A DNA stretch of 64,000 nt from Actinomycetota bacterium (GTDB lineage: Bacteria > Actinomycetota > Acidimicrobiia > Acidimicrobiales > JAJPHE01), in contig DAHUYE010000060.1 of the NCBI GenBank assembly GCA_027315345.1, positions 99,949 through 163,948 on the forward strand. Reading direction: 5' to 3'. Below, in pieces: positions 33,828 to 43,357 of the stretch. The notes below the pieces were generated by a model. It was not told the DNA's origin. It saw only the letters and a program-made list of their open reading frames with translations, and ran no database searches. The position numbers and the translations under genes were made by a program. Positions within the stretch are counted from its first letter, which is position 1; the number at the start of each line of letters is the position of its first letter.

Positions 33828-34975
33828 CGGCGCTGTCCGTGACCATCGACGGCCGCGCCCTCACCGACGCCTCGTCCTATCGGGGCCTGGGCACCTACGT
33901 CCGCCAACTGCTGGCCGGCCTGGCCGCCGTCCCTGATCTCGACCTGTCCGTGATGGCCGAACCGGCCACCGTCCTGCCCCCGGGGGCCGCCCTCATCCGA
34001 CTCGCCTCCCGGGCCCCGGATCGATGGGCGACGGCGGAGCACCAGTTCCTCCTGTCCCGCCGGCTGGCCCGGCTGCGCCGCCGGGCCGCGGCGGCCGGCG
34101 CCGGGACCCACCCGGGCCGCCCGGTCTTTCACAGCCCGGCCCTGGATCCGCCCCGCCGGGTGGGACTGCCCTGGGTCCAGACCATCGCCGATGTGCTCCC
34201 CCTGTCGAATCCGGACCCGGCCTATGCGGTGGAGCGCCGGCGCTGGGGGCGCTGGGCCGGGCGCGTCCGCGCCGCCGACGCCGTCATCGCCCTGAGCCGG
34301 CACTCGGCCGGCCAGGCCAACGAGCTGCTGGGCGTCGACCCCGATCGAATCCACGTCATCCCCCTGGCCCCGGACCCCCGCTACCGGCCCGCCGATGCGG
34401 GCCCGGTCGGGATAGAGCCGACCCGGGCGCCCTATGTGCTTTCGGTCGGGGAGTACGCGCCCCACAAGGGCTTTGCCGAGTTGAGTCTGGTCATGGCCGA
34501 ACTGGTCAGAGCCGGCCTGCCCCATCGCCTGGTGGTGGCCGGCCGGGTGACGGACCAGTGGAGATCGGAGATGGAGCGGGCCCTGGGCTCGGGGGGGAGT
34601 CAAGCCCGGCAGCGGATCGACGTGGTCGGCTGGGTGCCCGACCTTCTTCCCCTCTACCAGGGGGCGTCGGCGCTGGTGTGCACCAGCCGGCACGAGGGCT
34701 TCGGTCTGGCACTGGTGGAAGCCATGGCCACGGCCACCCCGGTGGTGGCCTTCGCCAACTCGGCCCTACCCGAGGTCGTCGGCGACGGAGGGGTGCTGGT
34801 GGCCGACGGGGACTGCCCGGCCCTGGCCGCCCGGCTGGCCGAATGGCTGAGTGATCCGTCCCGGCGGGCCGAGGCCTCCTCCGCCGCCCGGCGCCGGGCC
34901 GCCGGGTTCAGCTGGGCGGAGACGGTGCGGGCCCATGTGGGGATCTACCGGCGGGTGGCGGAGCGGCCGGCGTGA
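33824..34975 (+). CDS. Family 4 (GT-B) glycosyltransferase
   Basis: TSRHEGFGLALVEAMATATPVV. GTGA overlap with the upstream gene. Confidence 0.8.
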   Translation: MTALSVTIDGRALTDASSYRGLGTYVRQLLAGLAAVPDLDLSVMAEPATVLPPGAALIRLASRAPDRWATAEHQFLLSRRLARLRRRAAAAGAGTHPGRPVFHSPALDPPRRVGLPWVQTIADVLPLSNPDPAYAVERRRWGRWAGRVRAADAVIALSRHSAGQANELLGVDPDRIHVIPLAPDPRYRPADAGPVGIEPTRAPYVLSVGEYAPHKGFAELSLVMAELVRAGLPHRLVVAGRVTDQWRSEMERALGSGGSQARQRIDVVGWVPDLLPLYQGASALVCTSRHEGFGLALVEAMATATPVVAFANSALPEVVGDGGVLVADGDCPALAARLAEWLSDPSRRAEASSAARRRAAGFSWAETVRAHVGIYRRVAERPA

Positions 34976-36063
34976 AGGCTGCCATCGACGCCCGGACCCT
35001 GCAGTCCAAGCCTCTGGGCGGGGTGGGCCGGGCCCTGGCCGCCCTGCTGGCCCGGATCGCCCCCGGACAAGCCGGCGGTCCGAACGGGATTGAAGAGCTT
35101 CACCTTCTCCTCGACGACCGCCTGCCCGCTCCGGCCCCGCTTCCGCCCGGAGCGCTCGTCCATCGCCTCCGGGCCCCCGGCCCCGGGGGCATGGCCTGGC
35201 TGCAGTGGGCCGCCCCCCGCTGGCTGGTCGGCCACCGGGTCGACGTCTTCCACTGCCCCTTCTACGGGCTCCCCTACCGCCAGCCCGTTCCCATGGTGGT
35301 CACCGTCTACGACCTCTCCTTCCAGCGCCATCCGGAGTGGTTCAGCCGGCGCCGGCGCGCCGCCTTCCTCCTGCAGTCCGGCCACGCCGCCCGCACGGCG
35401 GCGGTGGTGCTGACCGGCTCCGAGCAGGTGGCCGCCGACATCGAGACCGTCCTCGGGGTCGAGCCGGCCCGGATCCGGGTGGCCGCCCCTGAACTTCCCA
35501 CCGGCTTCACCGATCTGGCCGCCCGGGCCCGCCCGGCCGGGGCGGGCCAGTACGTGCTGGCCCTGGGCGGGGCCGAACGCCGGCGCCTGCCCGTGGCGGT
35601 GGCGGCCTGGCAGCAGGCCCGGCGCCGGGGTCTGGAAGCCGGGCTGGTGGTGGTCGGCACCGAGGCTCCGCCTCCCGGCCCGGAGGGGATCAGGTGGGTG
35701 GGCCCGGTCGGGGACGAGGAATGGGCCGGGCTGCTGGCCGGAGCCCAGGCCTTCGTCTATCCCACCGCCTACGAGGGCTTCGGCCTGCCCGCCCTGGAAG
35801 CGGCCGCGGCCGGGGCCCCGGTGGTCTGCGCCGCCGTGGGCGCGCTGGGCGAGGTCCTCGGGGATGCCCCGGCCTGGGTCGACCGCCCCGCCGCCGGCCC
35901 GGTGGCCGACGCCCTGCTGCGCATCGGCACCGACCCCGACTACCGCCGGCAGCGGTCCGAAGCCGGTCAGTACCGGGCCGCCGAGCTGGCCCACCGGGCC
36001 GAGGGACCGGAGGGGGCGGCGGCGGTGACCGTGGCCGCCTACCGGCGCGCCGCCGGGCGATGA
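34972..36063 (+). CDS. Family 4 (GT-B) glycosyltransferase
   Basis: PTAYEGFGLPALEAAAAGAPVV. GTGA overlap. Confidence 0.8.
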   Translation: MKAAIDARTLQSKPLGGVGRALAALLARIAPGQAGGPNGIEELHLLLDDRLPAPAPLPPGALVHRLRAPGPGGMAWLQWAAPRWLVGHRVDVFHCPFYGLPYRQPVPMVVTVYDLSFQRHPEWFSRRRRAAFLLQSGHAARTAAVVLTGSEQVAADIETVLGVEPARIRVAAPELPTGFTDLAARARPAGAGQYVLALGGAERRRLPVAVAAWQQARRRGLEAGLVVVGTEAPPPGPEGIRWVGPVGDEEWAGLLAGAQAFVYPTAYEGFGLPALEAAAAGAPVVCAAVGALGEVLGDAPAWVDRPAAGPVADALLRIGTDPDYRRQRSEAGQYRAAELAHRAEGPEGAAAVTVAAYRRAAGR

Positions 36064-36959
36064 CCCCGACGGTCTCGGTGGTGATCGCGAACTGGAACAG
36101 CGGGGCGCACCTGGCCGGCCTGCTGGACAGTCTGGCCGGACAGCGACCCGAGCCGGCCTGGGAGGCGGTGGTGGTCGACAACGCTTCCGGCGACGGCAGC
36201 GCCGATGTCGGGGGACGACCCGGCGTGAGGATCATCCGCCTGCCGGCCAACACCGGCCTGGCCGCCGCCAACAACCTCGGCATCGCCTCCACCCATGGGC
36301 CCTACGTCCTGATCTCCAACCCCGACGTCACCCTGCCGGACAACGCCCTGGGGAACATGGTGGCGGTCATGCAACGCCACCCCCGGGCCGCCTGGGTGAT
36401 CCCGCGCCTGGCCGGCCCGGACGGGACTGTCCAGACCAGCGCCGGTGACCTGCCTTCGCTGGCCGAGGCCCTCCTGGGCCGCCGGCTCGGTTCGAGATGG
36501 GCGGACCGGGGCTACTGGTGGCACGACTGGCCCCATGACACCGAGGCGGCCATCGGCCGGGGCGCCGAGGCCTGTTACCTGGTGCGCCGGGCGGCCATCG
36601 AGGAGATCGGCCCCCAGGATCCCCGGTTCCGCCTGGACTGGGAGGGAGTCGAGTGGACGGCCCGGGGCCGGGCCGCCGGCTGGGAGGTGTGGCTGGACCC
36701 GGCCACCACTGTCACCCACGTGGGTGGGGTGAGCATCGCCCAGGCCCGGTGGCGCTGGGTGGTGCAGAGCCATATGGGGATGTACCGGTACTTCGCCGGG
36801 CGGATGAGACCCGCCGCCCGACCGCTGCTGGCGACGGCGGTCACCGCCCGGGCCCTGGCCAAACTGGGCGCCACCGCCCTCGGCGTCCCCCTGTACCAGC
36901 GGGCCCACCGGATCGGCGGTGGCGGGACGGGAGCGGGAGCGGGCCGGGGGGCCGGATGA
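36060..36959 (+). CDS. Family 2 glycosyltransferase
   Basis: VSVVIANWNSGAHL...VVVDNASGDGS...NTGLAAANN...NPD. ATGA overlap. Confidence 0.8.
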   Translation: MTPTVSVVIANWNSGAHLAGLLDSLAGQRPEPAWEAVVVDNASGDGSADVGGRPGVRIIRLPANTGLAAANNLGIASTHGPYVLISNPDVTLPDNALGNMVAVMQRHPRAAWVIPRLAGPDGTVQTSAGDLPSLAEALLGRRLGSRWADRGYWWHDWPHDTEAAIGRGAEACYLVRRAAIEEIGPQDPRFRLDWEGVEWTARGRAAGWEVWLDPATTVTHVGGVSIAQARWRWVVQSHMGMYRYFAGRMRPAARPLLATAVTARALAKLGATALGVPLYQRAHRIGGGGTGAGAGRGAG

Positions 36960-38086
36960 GGGTCACGGTCGACGCCCGCCACACCGGGCTGCCCGGGATC
37001 GGGCGCTTCAGCGTCGAGCTCACCGCGGCCCTGCGGCGGCGGGCCGCAGTCGATGAGGAGATCGTGGCGCTGGTGTCGCGGCATCCGGGGGGCTGGCTGG
37101 GGGACGCCGGCCTGGGCATCCCGGGGGGGCAGACCGAGACGCCCAGGTTGGGCCAGGACCTGGCCGTTTCCGCCCGGCCCTTCGGGCCGCTGGAGCAGTT
37201 GGAGCTGCCTTGGCGGCTGGCCCGTCAACGCGTCCAGCTCCACCATGCCACCCACCTGAGCCTGCCGTTGGCGGTCCGGATTCCGACAGTCCTGACCGTC
37301 CACGACGTGCACCCCTTGGTGCACGCCGGCCACGCCCGCTCCGCCGCCGCCCGCAGCTACTACCGCCTGGCCATGCCCCTGGCCGTGCGCCGGGCCCGGG
37401 CGGTGGTGGCCGTGTCCGACTACACGGCCCAGGAGATCTCCCGGGTCATGGGTCGGGAGGCTGACGCCGTCATCGGCCACGGCGTCGACCACTCCGCCTG
37501 GGCGCCGGCCCGCTCGGCGGCCGCGGCCGCGCCCAGCCCCGCCGGCCAGGCGGCCGGAGGCAGGTACCTCCTCTACGTGGGCACGGCCAAGCCGCACAAG
37601 AACCTGGTCACCCTCTTGCGGGCTCAGGGCGGCGGGCGCGACGACCAGGGCCTGCCCGAACTGGTGCTGGCCGGCCCCACCCCGGCCGAGGTGGAGGCCA
37701 TCGCCCCGGGGGCATCGGGCGGGCGGGTCCGGGCCCTGGGCCGGGTGCCCGACGCCGACCTGCCCGGCCTCTACGCCGGGTCGGCGGCGGTGGCCGTACC
37801 GTCGCGCTATGAGGGTTTCGGCCTGACCGCGCTGGAGGCGATGTCCTGGGGAGTGCCGGTGGTGGCGGCCGATTCTCCCGGGCTCAGGGACACGGTGGGC
37901 GACGCCGCCATCCTGGTCCCGGCCGAGGACCCCCGGGCCTGGGCCGATGCCCTGGCCCGGACCGTCGGTGACCCGGTGATGCGCTCCGCCCTCATCCAGC
38001 GGGGCCGGGCCCGGGCCGGCCGGTTCCGCTGGGACGACGCCGCCGACGCCTACCTCGCCCTCTACCGCCGGCTGGTGCGGCCGTGA
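36956..38086 (+). CDS. Family 4 (GT-B) glycosyltransferase
   Basis: PSRYEGFGLTALEAMSWGVPVV. ATGA overlap. Confidence 0.8.
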   Translation: MRVTVDARHTGLPGIGRFSVELTAALRRRAAVDEEIVALVSRHPGGWLGDAGLGIPGGQTETPRLGQDLAVSARPFGPLEQLELPWRLARQRVQLHHATHLSLPLAVRIPTVLTVHDVHPLVHAGHARSAAARSYYRLAMPLAVRRARAVVAVSDYTAQEISRVMGREADAVIGHGVDHSAWAPARSAAAAAPSPAGQAAGGRYLLYVGTAKPHKNLVTLLRAQGGGRDDQGLPELVLAGPTPAEVEAIAPGASGGRVRALGRVPDADLPGLYAGSAAVAVPSRYEGFGLTALEAMSWGVPVVAADSPGLRDTVGDAAILVPAEDPRAWADALARTVGDPVMRSALIQRGRARAGRFRWDDAADAYLALYRRLVRP

Positions 38087-39228
38087 CGGTCGTGCTCCAC
38101 GTTCTCGAGGCGCTGGAAGGGGGCACGGCCCGGCACGTGTCGGACCTGGTCACCCACGTGACCGGGGTCGAACACCACGTAGCCATTCCGCCCCGCCGGA
38201 TCGGGGGCGTCACCGCCCTGGGGGCGGTGGAGGAGATGGAGGCGGCCGGCGCCACCGTCCACCGCATCGACATGCGCCGGTCGCCCCTCAGCCCCCGCAA
38301 CGCCACCGCCCTGTGGGAACTGCGCCGGCTGGTGAACAAACTGAGCCCGGAGGTCATCCATGGCCACAGTTCGGCGGGCGGGGCCCTGGCCCGCCTGGCG
38401 GCCGTCACCGGCCCGGCCCGCTCCGGACGCCGGGGCCGGCCCCGGCGCGTCTACACCCCCAACGGCCTCTACCCCGGCGCCCCGGCGGCGGCGGCCGAGC
38501 GCGGCTTCGGAACCCTGACCGACCGGCTGGTGGCGGTCTCGGAGAGCGAGGCCCGGCTGGTGGCGACCCGGGCCATCGTCCCCGATGACCGCCTGGTGGT
38601 CATCCGCAACGGCATCGAGCTGACTCCGCCCTCGAAGGGCGGGCCTGACCTCCGGGCCCGGCTGGGTCTCGACGCCGCCGTCCCACTCATGGGCTTCATC
38701 GGCCGGCTGGTCCCCCAGAAGGCTCCCGGCCTGGTCGTGGAGGCCGCCGCCCTGCTGGCCGGCCAGGGCGTGGAGGCGGTGACGGTGATCATCGGTGACG
38801 GTCCGCTGTCGGGCGAGGTGGAACGGGCCATCACGGAACGGTCCCTCACCGGGCAGGTCCGGACCCTGGGCCACCTCGACCGCGCCGCCGAGGTGGTCGG
38901 CCAGTTGGATCTCCTGATGTTGCCCTCGCTCTACGAGGGCTGCCCCTACGCGCCGCTGGAAGCCATGCGAGCCGGAGTGCCGGTAGTTCTCTCCGACGCC
39001 ACCGGCAACCGCGACGTGGTCGACCACGGCCGTACCGGCCTCCTGTTCCCGCCCGGGGACGCCGCCTCGCTGGCCGGAGCCGTCTCCCTGGTGTTCTCCG
39101 ACCCCGACCTGCGCCGGCGCCTCACCGCCGCCGCCAAAGAGCGGCTGGTGACCCACTTCGACATCCGCGCCATGGCGGCCGGGACCGGGCGGATGTATGA
39201 GGAAGAAGGCTCGGCTCGGCTCAGCTGA
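38083..39228 (+). CDS. Family 4 (GT-B) glycosyltransferase
   Basis: VVLHVLEALEGGTARHV at the N-terminus and LPSLYEGCPYAPLEAMRAGVPVV. GTGA overlap. Confidence 0.85.
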   Translation: MTVVLHVLEALEGGTARHVSDLVTHVTGVEHHVAIPPRRIGGVTALGAVEEMEAAGATVHRIDMRRSPLSPRNATALWELRRLVNKLSPEVIHGHSSAGGALARLAAVTGPARSGRRGRPRRVYTPNGLYPGAPAAAAERGFGTLTDRLVAVSESEARLVATRAIVPDDRLVVIRNGIELTPPSKGGPDLRARLGLDAAVPLMGFIGRLVPQKAPGLVVEAAALLAGQGVEAVTVIIGDGPLSGEVERAITERSLTGQVRTLGHLDRAAEVVGQLDLLMLPSLYEGCPYAPLEAMRAGVPVVLSDATGNRDVVDHGRTGLLFPPGDAASLAGAVSLVFSDPDLRRRLTAAAKERLVTHFDIRAMAAGTGRMYEEEGSARLS

Positions 39229-40459
39229 GCTGCGACATCGCTGCCGCGAAGCGGTCCCCGATGGCGGGCCAGCCGTAGTGCGCCTCCACCAGGGACCGGC
39301 CGGCCCGGCCGATGACCGATGCCGTCTCGTCCGGGCCGCACAGCCGGACGATGGCGGCGGCCAGTCCGGCCGGATCCTCGGCCACCAGGGCGTGGGTGCC
39401 CGGTTCCAGGTCGATCCCTTCCAGGCCGATGGGCGTACCGGCCACCGGCCGGCCGGCGGCCATCGCCTCCAGCGCCTTGAGACGGCTGCCGGTTCCGATC
39501 CGGAGCGGAACCACGGCCACCCGGGCTTCGGCCAGGACGGCGCCCATGTCGGCCACGTCGACCCGAAGCCGGACCCCGGGCCGGCGGGCCAGCGCCCGCA
39601 CCTCAGCCGTCGGCCTCCTCCCGGCAATGTCGAGAGTGACGTCGGGGATGGCCTGGCGGACCAGGGGCAGAACCTGGTCGGTGAACCAGATGATCCCGTC
39701 CACGTTGGGCAGGAAGTCAAGGGTTCCGGTGAAGACCAGACGCGGCTCGGAAGGAAGCGGCGCCGCCCGAAAGCGGTGCAGATCGACCCCGTTGGGCACG
39801 ATGGCCACCGCCGGCCGGGCCGCCGCCTCTCGACCCGCCCCGGCCGGCGTCCTCCCCCCGAAGAGGTCGGCGGCATCGGCGGCCGAGACGACGCTGAGCA
39901 GATCGAGTCCCCGCAGGGCCCGGGCCTGAAAGCGCCGGGCGGCAGCCGACTCGGCCCGGAGCAGGGCCCGCTGGCGGCGGCCGGGCGCCAGGGCGGCGGC
40001 CTGAAAAGCCATACGGGACGGGACATTCTGAACATCCAGCGAACAACGCCGGCCCAGTCCGGCCGGGACGATCCCGGCCAGACCCAGGTGCTCGACGTGG
40101 ACCACGTCGTAGGGCGGGGCCGATCCGGCCGCGCTCATCTTCCCCAGGTGCCGGCCCAGGACCGCCCGTTCCCGGCCGCGGTCGTGGACCTCGGCCGGCC
40201 GGCGCCGGACGAACGCCCTCCACAGATCGCTCCCCCGCCGCCACGCCACCGGGGCCGGTACCCGGCGGGCCTCGGTGGCCACTTCGGTGATCCCGGCCAG
40301 CCCGCCGGCCACGGCCGGGTCGGACAGGTGCCCGGCCAGCACCAGGTCGACCTGGTCGAAACGCCGGCCCAGCCCGGCCAGCAGATGGGCCTGGCGGATG
40401 GAGCCGCCCCCGACATTGAAGTCGGGCGCCTCCGAGGTGACCCACAGGGCCCGGCTCAA
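39221..40459 (-). CDS. Family 4-like (GT-B) glycosyltransferase
   Basis: LWVTSEAPDFNVGGGSIRQ at the N-terminus and VVPLRIGTGSRLKALEAMAAGRPV near the C-terminus. The TTG at 40459 overlaps the upstream stop (TTGA). Confidence 0.7.
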   Translation of the reverse strand: MSRALWVTSEAPDFNVGGGSIRQAHLLAGLGRRFDQVDLVLAGHLSDPAVAGGLAGITEVATEARRVPAPVAWRRGSDLWRAFVRRRPAEVHDRGRERAVLGRHLGKMSAAGSAPPYDVVHVEHLGLAGIVPAGLGRRCSLDVQNVPSRMAFQAAALAPGRRQRALLRAESAAARRFQARALRGLDLLSVVSAADAADLFGGRTPAGAGREAAARPAVAIVPNGVDLHRFRAAPLPSEPRLVFTGTLDFLPNVDGIIWFTDQVLPLVRQAIPDVTLDIAGRRPTAEVRALARRPGVRLRVDVADMGAVLAEARVAVVPLRIGTGSRLKALEAMAAGRPVAGTPIGLEGIDLEPGTHALVAEDPAGLAAAIVRLCGPDETASVIGRAGRSLVEAHYGWPAIGDRFAAAMSQLS

Positions 40460-41829
40460 GGTCCCGCCGCCGATCCGCCGGTGGGAGCGGCGCGGCCCGG
40501 GGCGCGGCCGGCGCCACGGCCGGCGGTGAGGGCGGAGCCGATGGCCCACACCCCGGGCCCGGCGGCCAGGATCAGGAAGGGATCGATGCCGACCCGCAGC
40601 CGGCTCTCCCCCAGAACGGGGATGGTCACCGCCGCCACCAGGAAGGGGGCCAGCCACACCGGCCAGGTCCCCGGCCGGGACGGCCAGGCCCCCGGCCGCG
40701 ACGGCCAGGCCCGCCGGCGCAGATAGGACAGGGCGCCGATCAGGATGAGGCCGGCCACCACCGCCAGCCCGACCGGATCGAGATCGGCCAGGCCGGGTCC
40801 GTACCCGTTGGCGGCCCAGGAGGCCCGGGGGTCGGAGAGACCGGTGAGGTCGAAGAGGCGGAGCAGGTTCCAACCCGAGACCCGGAAGGGATAGAGCGGG
40901 TGCTCGGATATGTAGTGCAGGGCGGCCCGGCGCAGGGCGGCCTCCTCGGTCACCTCGTCACCTTTGAGGAGCGGGCGGTACTCGGGCACGAAGTTGGCCG
41001 GGCGCCACGCCCCCGGATGCAGGGGATCGTGAGCCGCGGTGTCGTTGTAGGTGCCCGACGCCACCAGGCCGCCCTGAGTCGTCACCGGGATGAAGCGGTG
41101 CATGACCACGGCGTCCCGGATCAACCACGGCGTGACGGTGAGCCCGGCCAGGACCACCACCGCCGCCGGAGCCACCAGCCCGGACCACCGCCCGGGTGAC
41201 CTCCGCCCCGGGGGTGGCCCGGCCGTCTTCCACGCCACCCCGACCAGCAGGCCGACCGGCACCAGGAGGATGAAGCTGTCCGGCCGGCACAGGATGTCGA
41301 GGCCGCAGCCGACGCCACAGCCCAGGATCCACCCGGCGGGCCGAGGGGACCGGCGGGCGGCCAGGGCGGCGGCCAGGGTGCCCAGCTCCAGGGGCAGGGA
41401 CAGCGACTCCGACAGCAGGGACCCGCCGGCCAGCAGCAGCGGCGGGTAGACGGCGGCCAGGCCCATGGCCACCCGGGCCGGACCCCGGGACCACAGCTGA
41501 CCGGCCAGGACCCCGACCAGGGCCACGGTCAGGGTGCCGAGGACCACCTCCACGGCCCGGGCCACCATCACATGGACACCGACCAGCCAGTACAGACCGG
41601 CCAGGAACAGGGGCCACAGGGGCGGGCGGAAGGCGGTGGGCCCGCCGCCCGGGGCCACCACGGTGCGGCCGAAGCCGTGACCGGCGGCAATCGACACGGC
41701 CAGGCGCTGGTAATCGGCCGGGTCGTTCATCAGGACCAGGTGGCGGGTGGCGATCAGCCACGCCACCCTCACCACCAGGGCGGCGGCCAGGATGACGACC
41801 TCCGGGGCCAGACGGTTCCGGAGCGTCAT
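40456..41829 (-). CDS. GT-C fold polytopic membrane glycosyltransferase (ArnT/PMT_2, GT39/83-like)
   Basis: Ten or more hydrophobic helices and an acidic motif (MNDPADY) in the first loop, as in polyprenyl-phosphate-sugar-dependent GT-C enzymes. It contains an AWPSRPG x2 tandem duplication. Confidence 0.7.
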   Translation of the reverse strand: MTLRNRLAPEVVILAAALVVRVAWLIATRHLVLMNDPADYQRLAVSIAAGHGFGRTVVAPGGGPTAFRPPLWPLFLAGLYWLVGVHVMVARAVEVVLGTLTVALVGVLAGQLWSRGPARVAMGLAAVYPPLLLAGGSLLSESLSLPLELGTLAAALAARRSPRPAGWILGCGVGCGLDILCRPDSFILLVPVGLLVGVAWKTAGPPPGRRSPGRWSGLVAPAAVVVLAGLTVTPWLIRDAVVMHRFIPVTTQGGLVASGTYNDTAAHDPLHPGAWRPANFVPEYRPLLKGDEVTEEAALRRAALHYISEHPLYPFRVSGWNLLRLFDLTGLSDPRASWAANGYGPGLADLDPVGLAVVAGLILIGALSYLRRRAWPSRPGAWPSRPGTWPVWLAPFLVAAVTIPVLGESRLRVGIDPFLILAAGPGVWAIGSALTAGRGAGRAPGRAAPTGGSAAGP

Positions 41830-41881
41830 GGCCGGCCGAGACTAATGGGGCAGGAGTTCGGCCCGTCGGAGCGAACTCCCA

Positions 41882-43357
41882 TTGGTGCGGAATGCCCGGA
41901 CGGTTCCGACCAGCGCGCCCCGCTCCCGCCGAGCGCTGCAGCTGGCCGCCGCCCTGGGACTGGCCGGCACCGCCGCCCTGGGGCTGACCGGCACCGCCGC
42001 CAGGGCCGTCACCGTCCCGGCCACCAGCGAGGCTCCGGCCTCCCGCGGCCCCGCCGTCCCGGCCGGGATCACGACCGTCACCGACGGCACCGGGGGTCTG
42101 ACCGCCGGGGCGGCGGTGCCGAACATGGGCAGCGCCGCCGATGACCGGGCCCTGGCCCGCATCAAGGCCGACGGGCTCAACACCGTGTCGTTGTTCGTGT
42201 GGTGGCTAACAGCCGGACCGACCTCGGACGCGGTCAGTCCTTATCAGGGCACCCAGTCCGACGCTTCGCTGGACGCCGAGATCCGCACCGCCCGGGCCGA
42301 TGGACTGGCCGTCAGCCTGACACCGGTCTTCTACTGCTCCGGCTGCCAGGGGGGCTGGAGGGGGACGATGGAGCCGGCCGATGCGACGGTCTTCTTCGCC
42401 GCTTATGGTGCCTTCATCGACCACTACGCCACCCTGGCCCAGCGGGACGGGGTGTCGACCTTCTTCGTCGGCAGCGAGATGTCCTCGCTCGAGACCGATA
42501 CCAGCCAGTGGCGCACCGTGATCAGCGGGGCCCGCAGCCGCTTCCACGGAACGCTGGCTTACGAGGAGAACTGGGACGTGCTGGGCCAGGCCCGGTTCCT
42601 CTCCGATGTCGACCTGATCGGGGTCTCGGCCTACTTCCCCCTCGATGACGAGGCATCCCCCGACCTGACCCGCCTGCTCGGGGACTGGACCTCGAGCCAG
42701 TCGTCCAGCGCCCCGGGCAGCAACTGGGCCCAGGAGCTGGCCGGCCTGGCCCAGAGCACGGGCCGGCCCATCGTGTTCGGGGAGGCCGGTTACATGTCGG
42801 GGGACTTCGCCGCCCGCCAGCCCTTCCTCGACTTCCACGGCCAGGCCGACTGGCAGCTGCAGGCCGACCTGTACCAGGCCCTCCTCCAGACCTTCTCGGG
42901 CCGCTCCTGGTGGAAGGGGGTCGACTGGTGGGAGTGGTTCGCCTCCAGCGACGCGGCCAATGACGACAGCCGCAGCCCGGCGGGCAAGACGGCCGAGTCA
43001 CTCCTCAAGGACTGGTACGCCAAGGGCTGGCGACCGGCCGCCCCCGACCAGTCCCTGACCCTCCTGGCCTCGGGGCGGGCGGCCGCCCCGGCGCCGGCCG
43101 CCCGCATCGAGTCGGCCTCGGCGCCGTCCTCGGTGACCATCCCCGGCGTGGTGGCTCCCGACAGTCCCCTGGTGCTGGCCGGGGCCGGGCTTCCGCCCGG
43201 GACCGGCTCCGGAAGCGCCGGTGCGGCGCCGGACCCGGCCTACCGGGGCCGGCTGGACGGCTGGGACGAGGCCGGTCTGGCCAGCCTGCTGGTCCTGCTG
43301 GCCGGCCTGGGGGCGGCGGTTTGGATGACGTTCGGGCGAGCACCGCAAGCGAGATGA
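41882..43357 (+). CDS. Secreted, C-terminally anchored TIM-barrel (clan GH-A-like) glycoside hydrolase candidate
   Basis: Twin-arginine-like signal (SRRALQLAAALGLAG...AARA). Candidate catalytic Glu motifs are FFVGSEMS and IVFGEAGY. There is a C-terminal TM helix (LASLLVLLAGLGAAVWMTF). The family call is from pattern only and the exact start is uncertain. Confidence 0.55.
   Translation: MVRNARTVPTSAPRSRRALQLAAALGLAGTAALGLTGTAARAVTVPATSEAPASRGPAVPAGITTVTDGTGGLTAGAAVPNMGSAADDRALARIKADGLNTVSLFVWWLTAGPTSDAVSPYQGTQSDASLDAEIRTARADGLAVSLTPVFYCSGCQGGWRGTMEPADATVFFAAYGAFIDHYATLAQRDGVSTFFVGSEMSSLETDTSQWRTVISGARSRFHGTLAYEENWDVLGQARFLSDVDLIGVSAYFPLDDEASPDLTRLLGDWTSSQSSSAPGSNWAQELAGLAQSTGRPIVFGEAGYMSGDFAARQPFLDFHGQADWQLQADLYQALLQTFSGRSWWKGVDWWEWFASSDAANDDSRSPAGKTAESLLKDWYAKGWRPAAPDQSLTLLASGRAAAPAPAARIESASAPSSVTIPGVVAPDSPLVLAGAGLPPGTGSGSAGAAPDPAYRGRLDGWDEAGLASLLVLLAGLGAAVWMTFGRAPQAR

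Noticed and set aside
41844-41883. An imperfect inverted repeat (AATGGG..GGAGTTCG / CGAACTCCCATT) in the GT-C/hydrolase divergent region
   Set aside because: The stem is interrupted by a 5-nt bulge, and it overlaps the uncertain start of the hydrolase-like ORF. This is too weak to call an operator or riboregulator.
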